Assembly: GCA_964400015.1 (NCBI GenBank)
Contig: CAYNRR010000008.1
Span: forward strand, 644-64,643
Direction: 5' to 3'
DNA from: an uncultured Eubacteriales bacterium
GTDB taxonomy: Bacteria > Bacillota > Clostridia > TANB77 > UBA1234
Length of the DNA: 64,000 bases
In this document: one piece after another, positions 1 to 11,438 of the stretch
Position numbering within the stretch: position 1 is the first letter of the stretch
How the letters are laid out: every line of letters begins with the position of its first letter
The notes under the pieces: generated by a model
Database searches by the model: none
What the model saw: only the letters and a program-made list of their open reading frames with translations
What the model was told of the DNA's origin: nothing
Made by a program: the position numbers and the translations under genes

Positions 1-3000
1 TTAAACGTTGTTGCTGTCCTACCTGCTAAATTAAACATACCATACATATTTTCTACTTTTGATACGTTCCATTTACTTAAATCTCCTATATCAAATGTTG
101 TTGCATTCCAACCTAGGTCACAAAACATACCAGTCATGTCTGTTACTTTTGATACATCCCAATTGCTTAAACCTTTTATATTGAGCGTTGTAGTATCTTC
201 GCTTGCATATAAGAACATATATTTCATATCTATTACTTTTGAAGTATTAAGTTTCGTTAAGTCAAAAGCCTCACATTTTTTTAATCTTGCAAACCAGTAT
301 GCAGTGCTTGTTGGTACAATTTCATCTTTTACTATAACACTTATAATGTTATATCTATTTTCATACCATGGTACTGCAGATTCAGCTGTGTATCTTGCTG
401 TTTCAAGCCCTGTATACACTGCTGTTATTGTCTTTCCGTTGTATGTACTTCCTTGTGAGTATATTTTTCTGTCTTTTACAAATGTTAATGAACCATCTGA
501 TTCACAGTAAATTGCTTTTGCTATTTGTGGTGCTATTGATGTATATGTTGCTGCTGTGTTGTTTGGTATTTCTGATGGTGCGTAGCCTACATTTGTTGTT
601 TTGTTGTACCATAAGCCGTTTGCTCCTGTGATGTATTCTGCATATGGTGTTGGCAAATATCCATCTGTTCCTACAAATTTAAAGTTTTTACCTAAGCTAA
701 CTTCTTCTAATTTAAAACATGCTGTAAACATATCTGTCATTGTTGTTACACTACTTGTGTCCCAGCCACTTAAGTTTAGTTCTTTTAGTTTTCTACAGTT
801 GCAAAACATCTTGCTTGTGTCTGTTACGTTTGATGTTCTCCATACACCTAAGTCTCCGATATCAATTGTTTCTGCATTATAGCCTGCAGCTTCAAACATG
901 CAACTCATGTTTGTTACTTTCAATACGTTCCAATTGCTTAAATCTCCCACAGTCCATGTTGTTGCGTTATATCCTGATTTTTTTAGCATGCTATACATAT
1001 CCGTTACGTTTGAAACATTCCATTTTCCTATGTTGCCTATGTTAAATGTTGTAGCATTGTAACCTGAACTATAAAATATATATTTCATATTTGTAACATT
1101 CGACACATCCCAACTACTTAAATCTCCTATATTAAATGTTGTGGCAGTATACCCTGCATTGTAAAACATGCCATGCATATCTGTTACTTTTGATACGTTC
1201 CAATTGTTTAGATTTCCTATATTCCATTTTGTTGCACTATATCCTAATGCAGAAAACATGTATGACATATTTGTAACATTCGACACATCCCAACTACTTA
1301 AATCTCCTATATTAAATGTTGTGGCAGTATACCCTGCATTGTAAAACATGCCATGCATATCTGTTACTTTTGATACGTTCCAATTGTTTAGATTTCCTAT
1401 ATTCCATTTTGTTGCACTATATCCTAATGCAGAAAACATGTATGACATATTTGTAACATTCGACACATCCCAACTACTTAAATCTCCTATATTAAATGTT
1501 GTGGCAGTATACCCTGCATTCCAGAACATACTTTGCATTTCTGTTACTTTTGACACTTTCCAATCGTTTAGATTTCCTATATCAAATGTTGCTGCACTAT
1601 ATCCAGCTTCGTTAAACATTATAGCCATATTGCTTACATTTGATACATCCCAGTTACTCAAGTTACCTATATTCCACGTTGTAGCACTTTTACCTGCACT
1701 TAAAAATAAGCTATCCATATTAGTTACGTTTGAAACATTCCAATTATTTAAGTTTCCTATATCAAATTTTGTTGCATTAGTTCCTGCTCGTCGGAACATA
1801 TATTGCATATTAGTAACACTTGAAACGTCCCATTTGTCTAATTTACCTATATCAAACGTCGTTGCCGAATGTCCAGCATAATAAAATATTCCTTCCATAT
1901 CTTTTACGTTTGATGTATTCCAATCGTTTAAGCCACTTATTGTAAAAGTTTCAACATTTTTACCCGTGCTATAAAACATATATTTCATAGTTTCTACACT
2001 TACTGTATTAAGTTTTGTTAAATCAAGCGTTGCACAATTTTCAAATTCATAAAACCATCCTAATGTGCTTATAGGTGTAATTTCATCTACTACTACTACA
2101 CTTTTTATATTTTTTCTATTTTCATACCAAGGAACTTTAGTAGCATATCCATAATTTGTTTTTTCAAACCCTGTATATACTGCTGTTACTTCTTTATCGT
2201 TATACGTATCGCCTACTTTATATGGTGTAGCTTTTACAAACGTTAATGAACCATCTGATTCGCAGTAAATTGCTTGTGCTATTATTGGAGCAACTGCTGT
2301 GTATGTGGCTGCTGTGTTACTTGGTATTTCTGATGGTGCATAGCCTACATTTGTTGCTTTGTTGTACCATAAGCCATTTGCTCCTGCGATGTATTGGCTA
2401 TTTGGAGTTGGTAAATAGCTAGATGTATTTTTGAATTTAAAGTTCTTACCTAAAGTAATTTCTTGTAAGTTTTGGCAACCTGTAAACATATAATTCATAT
2501 CAGTTATTTTGCTTGTGTCCCAACCGCTTAAGTTTAGTTCTTTTAAATTTCTACAATTATAAAACATCATGTACATATTATTAGTACTCGAAGTATTCCA
2601 TACTCCTAAATCACCTATATTAAAGTTTGTTGCATTATACCCAGCATATGAAAATATATATCCCATATTTACTACTTTTGATACATCCCAACTATTTAAA
2701 TCACCTATGTACCACGTTGTTGCATTATATCCTGCTCTTTCAAACATTTGCATCATGCTTTTTACATTCGATACATTCCAGGTGCCTATATTTCCTATAT
2801 TAAATGTTTTTGTAGTGTAACCTGCATCTTGAAACATTCCTGCCATATTTATTACATTTGATACATTCCAATTGCTTAAATCACCTATGCTCCACGTTGT
2901 CGCACTATATCCTGCCTTTAAAAACATATTCATCATATTAGTTACGCTTGATACGTTCCATTTACTCAAATCACCTATATTCCATGTTTTCGCTTTTTGA

Positions 3001-6000
3001 CCTGCTCCATAAAACATATTGTCCATAGCTGTTACGTTCAGCACATTCCAATTATCTAAATTACCTATATCAAATGTTGCAGTATTATCTCCTGCCCATT
3101 GAAACATAAAAGACATACTTTTAACTTCGGATACATTCCAATTGCTTAAGTCTCCTATATCAAAGTTTTTGGCATTACTACCTGCATGATAAAACATATA
3201 AGTCATATAATTTACATTTGATACATCCCAATTTTCTAAACCAGTTATTTTTAATGTTGTTGCAGTATAGCCAGTTTCATAAAACATACCATACATATTT
3301 GTTACATTTGATGTGTTTAGTTTTGTCAAATCAAGTGTAGAACAATTAGTAAGTCCATAGAACCAAAACACTGTACTTATTGGTGCGATTTCATCTGCTA
3401 CTACAACACTTGTAATCTTTTCAATTTTAGCATGCCATGGAACTTTATCATATGCATATTCATTTGTTTCAAATCCCGTATATACTTCTGTTATTGTTTT
3501 TCCATTATATGTGTCACCTGATGTATATGGTGTAGCTTTTACAAACGTTAATGAACCGTCTGATTCACAGTAAATTGCTTGTGCTATTTCTGGTGGTATT
3601 GCTGTATACGTTGCTGCTGTGTTGTTTGGTATTTCTGATGGTGCATAGCCTACATTTGTTGTTTTGTTGTACCATAAACCATTTGCACCTGTGATGTATT
3701 GATTGCTTGGAGTTGGTAAATATCCGTCTGTACCAACAAATTTGAAATTTTTACCTAGTGTAACTTCTTGTAGGTTTATACAGCCACTAAACATATTTTT
3801 CATTGTTGTTACACTACTTGTGTCCCAGCCACTTAAGTTTAATTCTTTTAAATTCCAGCAATTATAAAACATGTAGTCCATTTCCTTAACATTCGATGTA
3901 TTCCATGCTCCTAAATCGCCTATATCCCACATCGTGGCTTTATGACCTGCACAAAAAAACATGCTATTCATATTTGTTACTTTTGATACATTCCAATTTT
4001 CTAAGTTACCTATATTCCACGTCGTTGCATTATAACCTGCAAATTGAAACATACTCGCCATTGTTGTTACTTTTGATACATTCCAATTTTCTAAGTTACC
4101 TATATTCCATGTCGTGGCATTATAACCCGCATATAAAAACATTCCACCCATACTCGTTACATTTGATACATCCCAGTTACTTAATTTTCCTATATTCCAT
4201 GTTGTAGCGTTATAACCTGCAAATTCAAACATACACGCCATTGTTGTTACTTTTGATACTTCCCAATTATCTAAGTTACCTATATTCCACGTCGTGGCAT
4301 TATAGCCCGCACCCAAAAACATATACTCCATTGTTGTTACTTTTGATACTTCCCAATTGCTTAAATCTCCTATGCTCCATGTCATCGCATTATAGCCTGC
4401 CATATAAAACATATACTTCATTGTTGTTACTTTTGATACATCCCAATTGCTTAAATCTCCTATGTTCCATGTCGTGGCATTATAACCTGCAAATTGAAAC
4501 ATATACTCCATTCTTGTTACTTTTGATACATTCCAATTGCTTAAATCTCCTATGTTCCACGTCGTGGCATTATAACCTGCACTATTAAACATATACTTCA
4601 TTGTTGTTACTTTTGATACATTCCAATTACTTAAGTTTCCTATATTCCACGTCGTGGCATTTTCCCCAGCAGCATAAAACATATATTCCATATATATTAC
4701 ATTTGATACATCCCAATTGCTTAAATCTCCTATATTCCACGTCGTGGCTTTACGACCGGGATACCTAAACATATACTCCATATTTGTTACTTTTGATACA
4801 TCCCAATTTTCTAAGTTACCTATATTAAACGTAGCTGCACTATAGCCTGCCCCCTCAAACATGCAGTTCATAATTGTTACTTTTGATACATCCCAGTTAC
4901 TTAAATCTCCTATATCAAATGTTTTTGCTTTATAACCTGCATACGCAAACATACAACCCATAGTTGTTACTTTTGATACATCCCAATTTTCTAAACCAGT
5001 TATTTTAAATGTTGTTGCATTATAACCTGCATGCCAAAACATACGACTTATACTTGTTACATTTGATGTGTTTAGTTTTGTCAAATCGAGTGTGGCACAG
5101 TCTTCAAATTCATAGAACCAATATGCTGTGCTTGTTGGTGCGATTTCATCTGCTACTACTACGTTTGTTATATTGGTTCTATTTTCGTACCATGGAATAT
5201 TATATTCTGTATAGTTGTCTTCCTCAAACCCCGTATACACTTCTGTTACTTCTTTATCGTTATACGTATCGCCTGCTTTGTAGTTTGTAAAGTTTTTCAC
5301 AAATGTTAGTGAGCCGTCTGTTTCTGAGTATATCGCTTTTGCTATTGCTTTTTCTTCTAGGTTACATCTACTGCATTTTCTTGTTTCTTTGCTTTCTACC
5401 CAGTTATGTCCTAATGCTGCTAGACTTCCTGTTCCTATTGTTGCCTTACATAGTGAACAGGTTTTTGTTGTACTGCCTTCTTCTGTACAGGTTGGCTCTT
5501 TTGTTGTGGTTGTTATTGTTGTGCCATAGTGTTTGCTTGTGTCTATTTCTATTTCTTCTGTTCTTATTTCTTGATTACATACTGAACATTTGTATACTTT
5601 TGTTCCTTTGTCTTTACATGTTGGTGTTTTGGTTATTTCAAATTTATCTTCTTTGTGTCCTAATGCTGCTATTTCTTCCGTTCTCATTTCTTTATTGCAG
5701 CCAAGGCATCTATATGTTTTTATTCCTTTTTCTGTACATGTTGGTTCTTTGGTTGTTTCTATTTTTTCTTCGTTGTGTTCTGTCTTTTCTATATTTTCTG
5801 TTCTAAGTACAACGTTACATGAAGAGCATTTATATATTTTTATTCCTTCTTCTACGCAAGTTGCTTCTTTTGTTATTTGCTCTAATTCTTTTCCGTGATG
5901 GTTTTCTGAGTTTATTGGTATGTCTGTGTTAAATTCTTTTCCACATCTTATACATTTTCTTTGTTCTATTCCTTTTTGTGTACAATTTGCTTCTTGTACA

Positions 6001-6803
6001 ATTTCTTTTTCGCCATAAGAGTGTCCTTTTGCTGAACCTACTACATATGTTGTTGTTCCTTTTTCTTCACAACTTATGCATTTGTAGTAATATCTCGATG
6101 GTTCTGTACATGTTGCTTCGTTGCATAAATATTGTTCTGTTGGCACTTTTGATGTGAATTTGTGTACGTGCTCTGATGGATCTTTTTTGTCTTCGTCGTC
6201 TGTTGGATCTTTTATATTGTCATCATCTTTTTTCATTGGTCCGTCCCAGTCTAGCAAAGTACCATCTTTATTGTCTATTTTTATTTCAAATTCTTCGTTT
6301 CCTACTTTTATTGTTGTCTGCATTTTGTCGTCTACTGTATCTTTTTCTGTTATGTAGAATTTGTCATCATAATCGTATGGTGGCCATGTGAATATTTGTC
6401 CTTCTTTTGTTACTGCATATTTGACATTTACTTTTGTACCTGTGCCTGATTCTACTTTCTTTTCTGGCAGTTCTATTCCTAGTTGGCCGTTGTTTTGAAT
6501 TATTGTATAGTTAGGAACTTCGTCTATTTTTAACATATCTTCCGTACCGTTTCCGTCTTTTGCGATATAGTTATAGATTTGTTCCATTTGATTTATTTGA
6601 CTTTCGCTTAAGAATTTGCCGTTTACGAGTTTAGCTGTTTCTTGAGCTGCCATTCTTACTTCGTCTATTCCACTTGTATATTTTGAATAGTCTGCACCTT
6701 CCATTGCTGTTTTTGAACCAACGAATGTTATCGCCGATAATATTATTATAACTATTATCGTTATAACTAACGATACCATTGAAACACCTTTTTGTTTTTT
6801 CAT
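1..6803 (-). CDS. Giant repeat-rich cell-surface protein, paralog A. The 3' end runs off the window start; ATG at 6803. Prepilin-like N-terminus MKKQKGVSMVSLVITIIVIIIL, Cys-rich CxxC repeat module, then at least four BspA/DUF285-type super-repeats.
   Basis: The reverse complement translates in one frame from ATG 6803 to the window edge. It contains NWDVSKVTxMxxMF 26-aa repeats and AQAIYCESDGSLTFVK module starts (plus-strand coords about 5349, 3598, 2290, 535). The N-terminal domain is homologous to the 46058 and 63319 genes. The plus-strand ORFs in the table here are antisense artefacts. Confidence 0.8.
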   Translation of the reverse strand, partial: MKKQKGVSMVSLVITIIVIIILSAITFVGSKTAMEGADYSKYTSGIDEVRMAAQETAKLVNGKFLSESQINQMEQIYNYIAKDGNGTEDMLKIDEVPNYTIIQNNGQLGIELPEKKVESGTGTKVNVKYAVTKEGQIFTWPPYDYDDKFYITEKDTVDDKMQTTIKVGNEEFEIKIDNKDGTLLDWDGPMKKDDDNIKDPTDDEDKKDPSEHVHKFTSKVPTEQYLCNEATCTEPSRYYYKCISCEEKGTTTYVVGSAKGHSYGEKEIVQEANCTQKGIEQRKCIRCGKEFNTDIPINSENHHGKELEQITKEATCVEEGIKIYKCSSCNVVLRTENIEKTEHNEEKIETTKEPTCTEKGIKTYRCLGCNKEMRTEEIAALGHKEDKFEITKTPTCKDKGTKVYKCSVCNQEIRTEEIEIDTSKHYGTTITTTTKEPTCTEEGSTTKTCSLCKATIGTGSLAALGHNWVESKETRKCSRCNLEEKAIAKAIYSETDGSLTFVKNFTNYKAGDTYNDKEVTEVYTGFEEDNYTEYNIPWYENRTNITNVVVADEIAPTSTAYWFYEFEDCATLDLTKLNTSNVTSISRMFWHAGYNATTFKITGLENWDVSKVTTMGCMFAYAGYKAKTFDIGDLSNWDVSKVTIMNCMFEGAGYSAATFNIGNLENWDVSKVTNMEYMFRYPGRKATTWNIGDLSNWDVSNVIYMEYMFYAAGENATTWNIGNLSNWNVSKVTTMKYMFNSAGYNATTWNIGDLSNWNVSKVTRMEYMFQFAGYNATTWNIGDLSNWDVSKVTTMKYMFYMAGYNAMTWSIGDLSNWEVSKVTTMEYMFLGAGYNATTWNIGNLDNWEVSKVTTMACMFEFAGYNATTWNIGKLSNWDVSNVTSMGGMFLYAGYNATTWNIGNLENWNVSKVTTMASMFQFAGYNATTWNIGNLENWNVSKVTNMNSMFFCAGHKATMWDIGDLGAWNTSNVKEMDYMFYNCWNLKELNLSGWDTSSVTTMKNMFSGCINLQEVTLGKNFKFVGTDGYLPTPSNQYITGANGLWYNKTTNVGYAPSEIPNNTAATYTAIPPEIAQAIYCESDGSLTFVKATPYTSGDTYNGKTITEVYTGFETNEYAYDKVPWHAKIEKITSVVVADEIAPISTVFWFYGLTNCSTLDLTKLNTSNVTNMYGMFYETGYTATTLKITGLENWDVSNVNYMTYMFYHAGSNAKNFDIGDLSNWNVSEVKSMSFMFQWAGDNTATFDIGNLDNWNVLNVTAMDNMFYGAGQKAKTWNIGDLSKWNVSSVTNMMNMFLKAGYSATTWSIGDLSNWNVSNVINMAGMFQDAGYTTKTFNIGNIGTWNVSNVKSMMQMFERAGYNATTWYIGDLNSWDVSKVVNMGYIFSYAGYNATNFNIGDLGVWNTSSTNNMYMMFYNCRNLKELNLSGWDTSKITDMNYMFTGCQNLQEITLGKNFKFKNTSSYLPTPNSQYIAGANGLWYNKATNVGYAPSEIPSNTAATYTAVAPIIAQAIYCESDGSLTFVKATPYKVGDTYNDKEVTAVYTGFEKTNYGYATKVPWYENRKNIKSVVVVDEITPISTLGWFYEFENCATLDLTKLNTVSVETMKYMFYSTGKNVETFTISGLNDWNTSNVKDMEGIFYYAGHSATTFDIGKLDKWDVSSVTNMQYMFRRAGTNATKFDIGNLNNWNVSNVTNMDSLFLSAGKSATTWNIGNLSNWDVSNVSNMAIMFNEAGYSAATFDIGNLNDWKVSKVTEMQSMFWNAGYTATTFNIGDLSSWDVSNVTNMSYMFSALGYSATKWNIGNLNNWNVSKVTDMHGMFYNAGYTATTFNIGDLSSWDVSNVTNMSYMFSALGYSATKWNIGNLNNWNVSKVTDMHGMFYNAGYTATTFNIGDLSSWDVSNVTNMKYIFYSSGYNATTFNIGNIGKWNVSNVTDMYSMLKKSGYNATTWTVGDLSNWNVLKVTNMSCMFEAAGYNAETIDIGDLGVWRTSNVTDTSKMFCNCRKLKELNLSGWDTSSVTTMTDMFTACFKLEEVSLGKNFKFVGTDGYLPTPYAEYITGANGLWYNKTTNVGYAPSEIPNNTAATYTSIAPQIAKAIYCESDGSLTFVKDRKIYSQGSTYNGKTITAVYTGLETARYTAESAVPWYENRYNIISVIVKDEIVPTSTAYWFARLKKCEAFDLTKLNTSKVIDMKYMFLYASEDTTTLNIKGLSNWDVSKVTDMTGMFCDLGWNATTFDIGDLSKWNVSKVENMYGMFNLAGRTATTF

Positions 6804-7190
6804 GTACTCATTCCTTTTCACGTTATTTTTGATTTTGTACTTATATACAAATCAGTTCTATCCATTAACACCATAACATGTTTAATAATTAAAAGCTAGC
6901 TATGGTGACTTGCACATTTTTTATTTTCTGTCCTGCCCTTACGGACCCTCATAACCCGTCTTTTTATTAAATTTATGTTACAAGAATGTGATAATCTGTT
7001 AAATATTACTTTTCACGTTGACTTTTAAAAAATTTATAAATATAATGCGACTGTACAACGTACAAAAACGAATTTTGAAAATATACTATATTATGATAAA
7101 TTTGCTAATTAACCCAAGTTTTTATCATTTTATTTTTTTACTTTAGACCGTATAATTTGATTGTACACTAAAGCGAAAGGAGGTATTCTT

Positions 7191-7829
7191 TTGAAAATTG
7201 AAAAATTAGCAGAAGATAAAATTAAAATTACTATTACTGTTGATGATTTGGAAGCTAGAAATATTGATTTAGATTCTTTTATTTATAATTCGCCTGCTTC
7301 GCAAGATTTATTTTGGGACCTTATGATTGAGGCTGAAAAGGAATATGGTTTTGATGTGAATGATTCTATGATTTATGTTGAAGCTTCTGCTTCTAATTCT
7401 GGCAATTTTACTTTTATTGTTACGAAAACAGAAGAAAAACCATCTTTTAAAATTAGTTCAACTAAACATTCAAAAGATTCCGTAAAGTTGAAAAGAAAGA
7501 AAATTCCTTATTTTTTGAAAAATGGAATTTATAAATTTGAAAATTTTGATGATGTTTGTGCTTTTTGTAAAAATGCGAATAATAAAAATGTTTTAGAAAC
7601 TTTGCTTTATTCTTATAATAACCATTATTATTTGAAAGCTGGTATGATTCCTGCTACGTCTATTCTTGAATATGCTGAAATGGTGAAGTCTACTTCACTT
7701 GTTGATTCTAGATTGAAGGAGTTTGGAAATTTAATTATTGATAGTGATGTTATTGATACTATAAATATGTATTTTAATAAAAATAAAAATAAAAAGAAAA
7801 AGAAAGCTGTAAAAAAGCAAGCAAGTTAA
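7191..7829 (+). CDS. mecA: Adaptor protein MecA (ClpC adaptor).
   Basis: MKIEKLAEDKIKITITVDDLEARNIDLD...DLFWDLMIEAEKEYGF...FTFIVTK matches the MecA N-terminal signature. A TTG start at 7191 sits 6 nt after the AAAGGAGGT SD; the table's 7161 start is probably too far upstream. Confidence 0.65.
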   Translation: MKIEKLAEDKIKITITVDDLEARNIDLDSFIYNSPASQDLFWDLMIEAEKEYGFDVNDSMIYVEASASNSGNFTFIVTKTEEKPSFKISSTKHSKDSVKLKRKKIPYFLKNGIYKFENFDDVCAFCKNANNKNVLETLLYSYNNHYYLKAGMIPATSILEYAEMVKSTSLVDSRLKEFGNLIIDSDVIDTINMYFNKNKNKKKKKAVKKQAS

Positions 7830-7837
7830 ATTAAAAT

Positions 7838-7877
7838 AGAGTCCTACTTTTTATTTGTAGGACTCTGTTTTTTATTT
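7838..7877. terminator. Bidirectional intrinsic terminator between mecA (+) and the convergent NAGPA-domain gene (-).
   Basis: AGAGTCCTAC...GTAGGACTCT 10-bp stem followed by a T-run. Confidence 0.7.
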
Positions 7878-10692
7878 AAAATATTTTTTTGTATTCATAA
7901 CTTAGTTCGTTTGTTTCTGATATTGTTATTTCTAAATATTTTTCTCCTTTTGCTACGTCTAATGGGTCTTCTTTATTTATTGCATCATTATTTATACTTA
8001 GATATTTTATTCCTCTTTCCATTGAGTAGTTTGAGTTTTCGCCTTGATGTAATACCCAAATGTTTTTAGTGCTTTCTCTTTTTATTTCACATAGCGTATC
8101 TATAAATAGTTGCTTTTCTTTTTTATCTGTGAAATCGTTTAGTGTTCCATTCATAATTATTATTATATTTTTTTGCTTTGATGTTTTAATTGTTTCCTCT
8201 AATTCTAACCATTGATTGTAGTCTGTAACTCTTAGTCCCCCTGATGATACGTCTATATTTATAAATAATGCGTTTTCTATTTCTTGTGTTTCATAACCTT
8301 TTGCATTTATTTTAGAGATTTTTATATCTTTTGTTTTTTCTTCGTTTTCTTGATTTGTAAATATGATAACATCTGCTTCACTGTTTGCTTTTTCTATTAT
8401 TTTCTTATTTTTTAATGAATCTAATAAAATTACTTCGTCTTCAATTTTATCATAAACCATTATTTTTAGTGAATCGCCACTTGTTAATTCTGTACTTTTT
8501 TGAAGCTCATCTATTCCTTTTTCATCTTCTGGAAGTGTTATGTTTGCTATTTTTGAAGAACTTTCGCTTATTATTTTTAAGTCATCAATATATACTGTTC
8601 CTTCGTTTTTTATTTCTGGATTATCTTGTGCTATATAGATATCTGTTAATGTCGCTGGTAATGAAATTGAGTTTAGATTATATTTTATTTCCGTCCATTT
8701 GTCTTTTGGAATTTCTTTGCTAGCCATTAGTAATTGTGTATTTCCTTTTGCATCAATGATTTTAAATTTTATATAATCGTTTAAGTATTCATTGCTGTAC
8801 ACTTTAAATGATATTTCTAGTGCTTCTGCATCTATTTCTATTGGCTCGTTAAATCTTAAGTAAGCTGCTCTTGTTGCATCTGTTTGTGTAAAGTCATATT
8901 CTAATTTTGCAGATTTTTTTAAGTCATAACTTTCTTCGTTTGAAACTTCTGCACTTCCTGTTACAGAAGTTGGATATGATACAAATTTGAATGTTTCTTT
9001 TTCAAAGCTTTCTACCGATTTTTCTTTTGATTCTCCAACACTAACCAATGCATATGCTTTCGCATTTCCTATTGATATAGCTATTATATGGTCTCCTTCT
9101 TTTGATGGTATAAATTTATTTTCTTCAAATTTGCCTGATCCACTTATCACTTCATATTCAAGTTCATCTTTTTCAAGTGTTGCAGTGTAACCATTTTTAT
9201 TTTTTGCTTTGAACGAATACTCAACACTTTCACCTAATGAGATTGCTGTTTTTTGTGGAGTAATTTCTATTTCATTTGGTGTGCTAAGTACATCTATTGA
9301 AATTGTTTTTGAAACTTTACCTTTTTTCACTTTGATAGTTGCTGTTCCAACTTCATCTGTCGAATAGATATATCCATCTTTTATTGTTACATTTGCTCCT
9401 GATACTTCAAAATCAAAGTCATCAAAATCAACTTCTACAGGATTGTAATATTTATCATATCCTAATATTTCAATTTTTCTTTTTGAATTTACGAATACGT
9501 TTTCTTCAGGTATTTTCACTACAATATTTGCTAGTGAACTTGTTTTTGATGTGTTAAAAATTCCAATGGCATTTGTGACCATTCGTAAAGTTGTGCCACT
9601 TGGAGAATTTAATGTTTTTATAGCAAACTCTCCAAGTTTTCTTCCTACCATTGTTGTAGAACCTCCACCATCTAAATTCATGGCGTTATACACGCCTTTT
9701 TCTTTTAGAAATTCTGCAAGTTCTGTTTGTGTCATTCCAATACTCGAAGATTGTCTGCCGTCTACTGTTATTAAGTATAAAGTTTCTCCATCTTTAGATG
9801 TTCCGATGGCTGTTCTTGGATTTAACCCAGTTATGTTTGCCGTGAATTTTTCTGGTATTTCACCATTTTCTAATAATAATGCTCCTCCTGAAACAGCCAT
9901 TTTTATTGCTTCAATGTCTAAATCCATTTCAACATCTAATTCAATTTTATTTCCTTTTTTAAAGTTTGAAATCATGTTTTTGGCTGTTTCTCCATAAGTT
10001 GCTACTACAAAACCATTCTCTGGTATTTCAAAAGGTTCTCCATTTTCTCTAATTTCTTTTACTTTATTATCTACAACAAGCATTTCTGTAAGTGATAACT
10101 TTGAACCATATGTTGTTTTTCCCCAATCACTTGTGTATAGCACCGGATATTCATAATTATTAGAAACTTTGTTATATTCTGCTATTGGAAGTTCACTTCC
10201 GTTTTTCTTATTTTTTAAAGTGATTTTATGTGTAAAATAATCAAACCATGCTTCATTTTCATCATTTAAAATAAAACTGGCAAAAGTATCTTTAGTTTCA
10301 TTTTCATAGTATGTTGTTGTAAGTAGCTTGCCGTCTTTAATAGATAGTCCTATTGTATTTCCATTAACTGATGTTCCATTAAAAAAATCTCCGTTTATAG
10401 CAGCAACTACATTTTCTTCTTTGCTAGCCATTTGATAAACAGTTTGAAATGTATTTAAACCGTTTTCAGAATTTAAAAGTCCTACTTCCGTATAAGCATC
10501 ATTTAAATCAACTTCAAGAATATTTATATTAAGCCAACCTTTTTCTGTAAATCTATCATAATTTTTTAAAACTACACCAGACGTCATTTGCTCAGTTGTA
10601 ACTTTTTCATCTATGGTTGTTAATGCGTATGATGTAGAAAATCTCGTAATAATAGCAACCGTTGCAATTGCTAAAAAAATCTTTTTCTTCAA
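7876..10692 (-). CDS. Secreted phosphodiester glycosidase (NAGPA/DUF2233) family protein with Ig-like (Big_2) and C-terminal domains.
   Basis: Signal peptide MKKKIFLAIATVAII. Hallmark NAGPA motifs AINGDFF and NLDGGGST. TTG start at 10692 preceded by AGGAGG. Confidence 0.7.
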   Translation of the reverse strand: MKKKIFLAIATVAIITRFSTSYALTTIDEKVTTEQMTSGVVLKNYDRFTEKGWLNINILEVDLNDAYTEVGLLNSENGLNTFQTVYQMASKEENVVAAINGDFFNGTSVNGNTIGLSIKDGKLLTTTYYENETKDTFASFILNDENEAWFDYFTHKITLKNKKNGSELPIAEYNKVSNNYEYPVLYTSDWGKTTYGSKLSLTEMLVVDNKVKEIRENGEPFEIPENGFVVATYGETAKNMISNFKKGNKIELDVEMDLDIEAIKMAVSGGALLLENGEIPEKFTANITGLNPRTAIGTSKDGETLYLITVDGRQSSSIGMTQTELAEFLKEKGVYNAMNLDGGGSTTMVGRKLGEFAIKTLNSPSGTTLRMVTNAIGIFNTSKTSSLANIVVKIPEENVFVNSKRKIEILGYDKYYNPVEVDFDDFDFEVSGANVTIKDGYIYSTDEVGTATIKVKKGKVSKTISIDVLSTPNEIEITPQKTAISLGESVEYSFKAKNKNGYTATLEKDELEYEVISGSGKFEENKFIPSKEGDHIIAISIGNAKAYALVSVGESKEKSVESFEKETFKFVSYPTSVTGSAEVSNEESYDLKKSAKLEYDFTQTDATRAAYLRFNEPIEIDAEALEISFKVYSNEYLNDYIKFKIIDAKGNTQLLMASKEIPKDKWTEIKYNLNSISLPATLTDIYIAQDNPEIKNEGTVYIDDLKIISESSSKIANITLPEDEKGIDELQKSTELTSGDSLKIMVYDKIEDEVILLDSLKNKKIIEKANSEADVIIFTNQENEEKTKDIKISKINAKGYETQEIENALFINIDVSSGGLRVTDYNQWLELEETIKTSKQKNIIIIMNGTLNDFTDKKEKQLFIDTLCEIKRESTKNIWVLHQGENSNYSMERGIKYLSINNDAINKEDPLDVAKGEKYLEITISETNELSYEYKKIF

Positions 10693-10695
10693 AAG

Positions 10696-11424
10696 CTATT
10701 CCTCCTTAGTCTTAAATTTTTCCCAACCTTTAATATTTGAACGTTCAATCGCACCAAATATACACGCTTTTAGACGTGGAATATATTTTGAAAGTTCCAA
10801 AATTATATTTTTCATAAATTCTCTTTTTGTGTTTCCATCTACAGCACAAGTTTTTTTCATTACAGGTATATTATTTCTTTTTGCAAAAGCTTTTATTTCT
10901 TTTTCTTCTATATAAATAAAAGGTCTTATAGTCGTTATATTACTTCTTGAAAGATATGTAACAGGCGAAAAAGTATGTATATTTCCTTCATAAAAAAGAC
11001 TTAAGAAAAATGTTTCAATTACGTCATCTTTATGATGTCCTAATGCAATCTTGTTGCAACCAATTCTTTTCGCCACATCATTAAGTGCTCCTCTTCTTAA
11101 ATTAGCACAAAGTGAGCAAGGATTTTTTTCCTTTCTTATATCAAAAACAACTTCTCTAATATTAGTTTTTTCTATTACATACTCTACTTCAATCTTCTTA
11201 CATAAATCCTCAAGTATTTTAGTATCAAATGTATTAGAACCTGGATCTATTGTAACAGCGACAATTTCAAATTTCTTTGGATAAAATATTTGCAAATTTT
11301 TAAGTGCTAAAAGTAAAGTCACGCTATCTTTGCCACCGGACAAACCAACAGCAATCTTATCGCCTTCTTCTATCATATTATAGTCTTCAATTGCTTTTCT
11401 CATAGGACTTAAAATCGCTTTCAT
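10696..11424 (-). CDS. ttcA: tRNA 2-thiocytidine biosynthesis protein TtcA (PP-loop ATPase).
   Basis: SGGKDS PP-loop, GDKIAVGLSGGKDS, CSLC motif, GHHKDD. The real start is probably the second ATG (MKAILSP...) after GGAGGA. Confidence 0.75.
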   Translation of the reverse strand: MKAILSPMRKAIEDYNMIEEGDKIAVGLSGGKDSVTLLLALKNLQIFYPKKFEIVAVTIDPGSNTFDTKILEDLCKKIEVEYVIEKTNIREVVFDIRKEKNPCSLCANLRRGALNDVAKRIGCNKIALGHHKDDVIETFFLSLFYEGNIHTFSPVTYLSRSNITTIRPFIYIEEKEIKAFAKRNNIPVMKKTCAVDGNTKREFMKNIILELSKYIPRLKACIFGAIERSNIKGWEKFKTKEE

Positions 11425-11438
11425 ATCTTCCTCCAAAA

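Noticed and set aside
136-6391. Many plus-strand ORFs (VTFDTSQLLK... repeats) across 1-6800, and minus-strand ORFs across 46400-59630.
   Set aside because: They are antisense or out-of-frame readings of the repeat-rich giant genes. The sense strands give continuous multi-kb ORFs with coherent domain repeats, and the codon periodicity belongs to the other strand.
1-6800. Regular repeats of about 78 bp that could be taken for a CRISPR-like array.
   Set aside because: The repeats are in-frame 26-codon protein repeats (NW[DN]VS.VT.M..MF) with variable sequence and no spacer/repeat alternation. They are coding.
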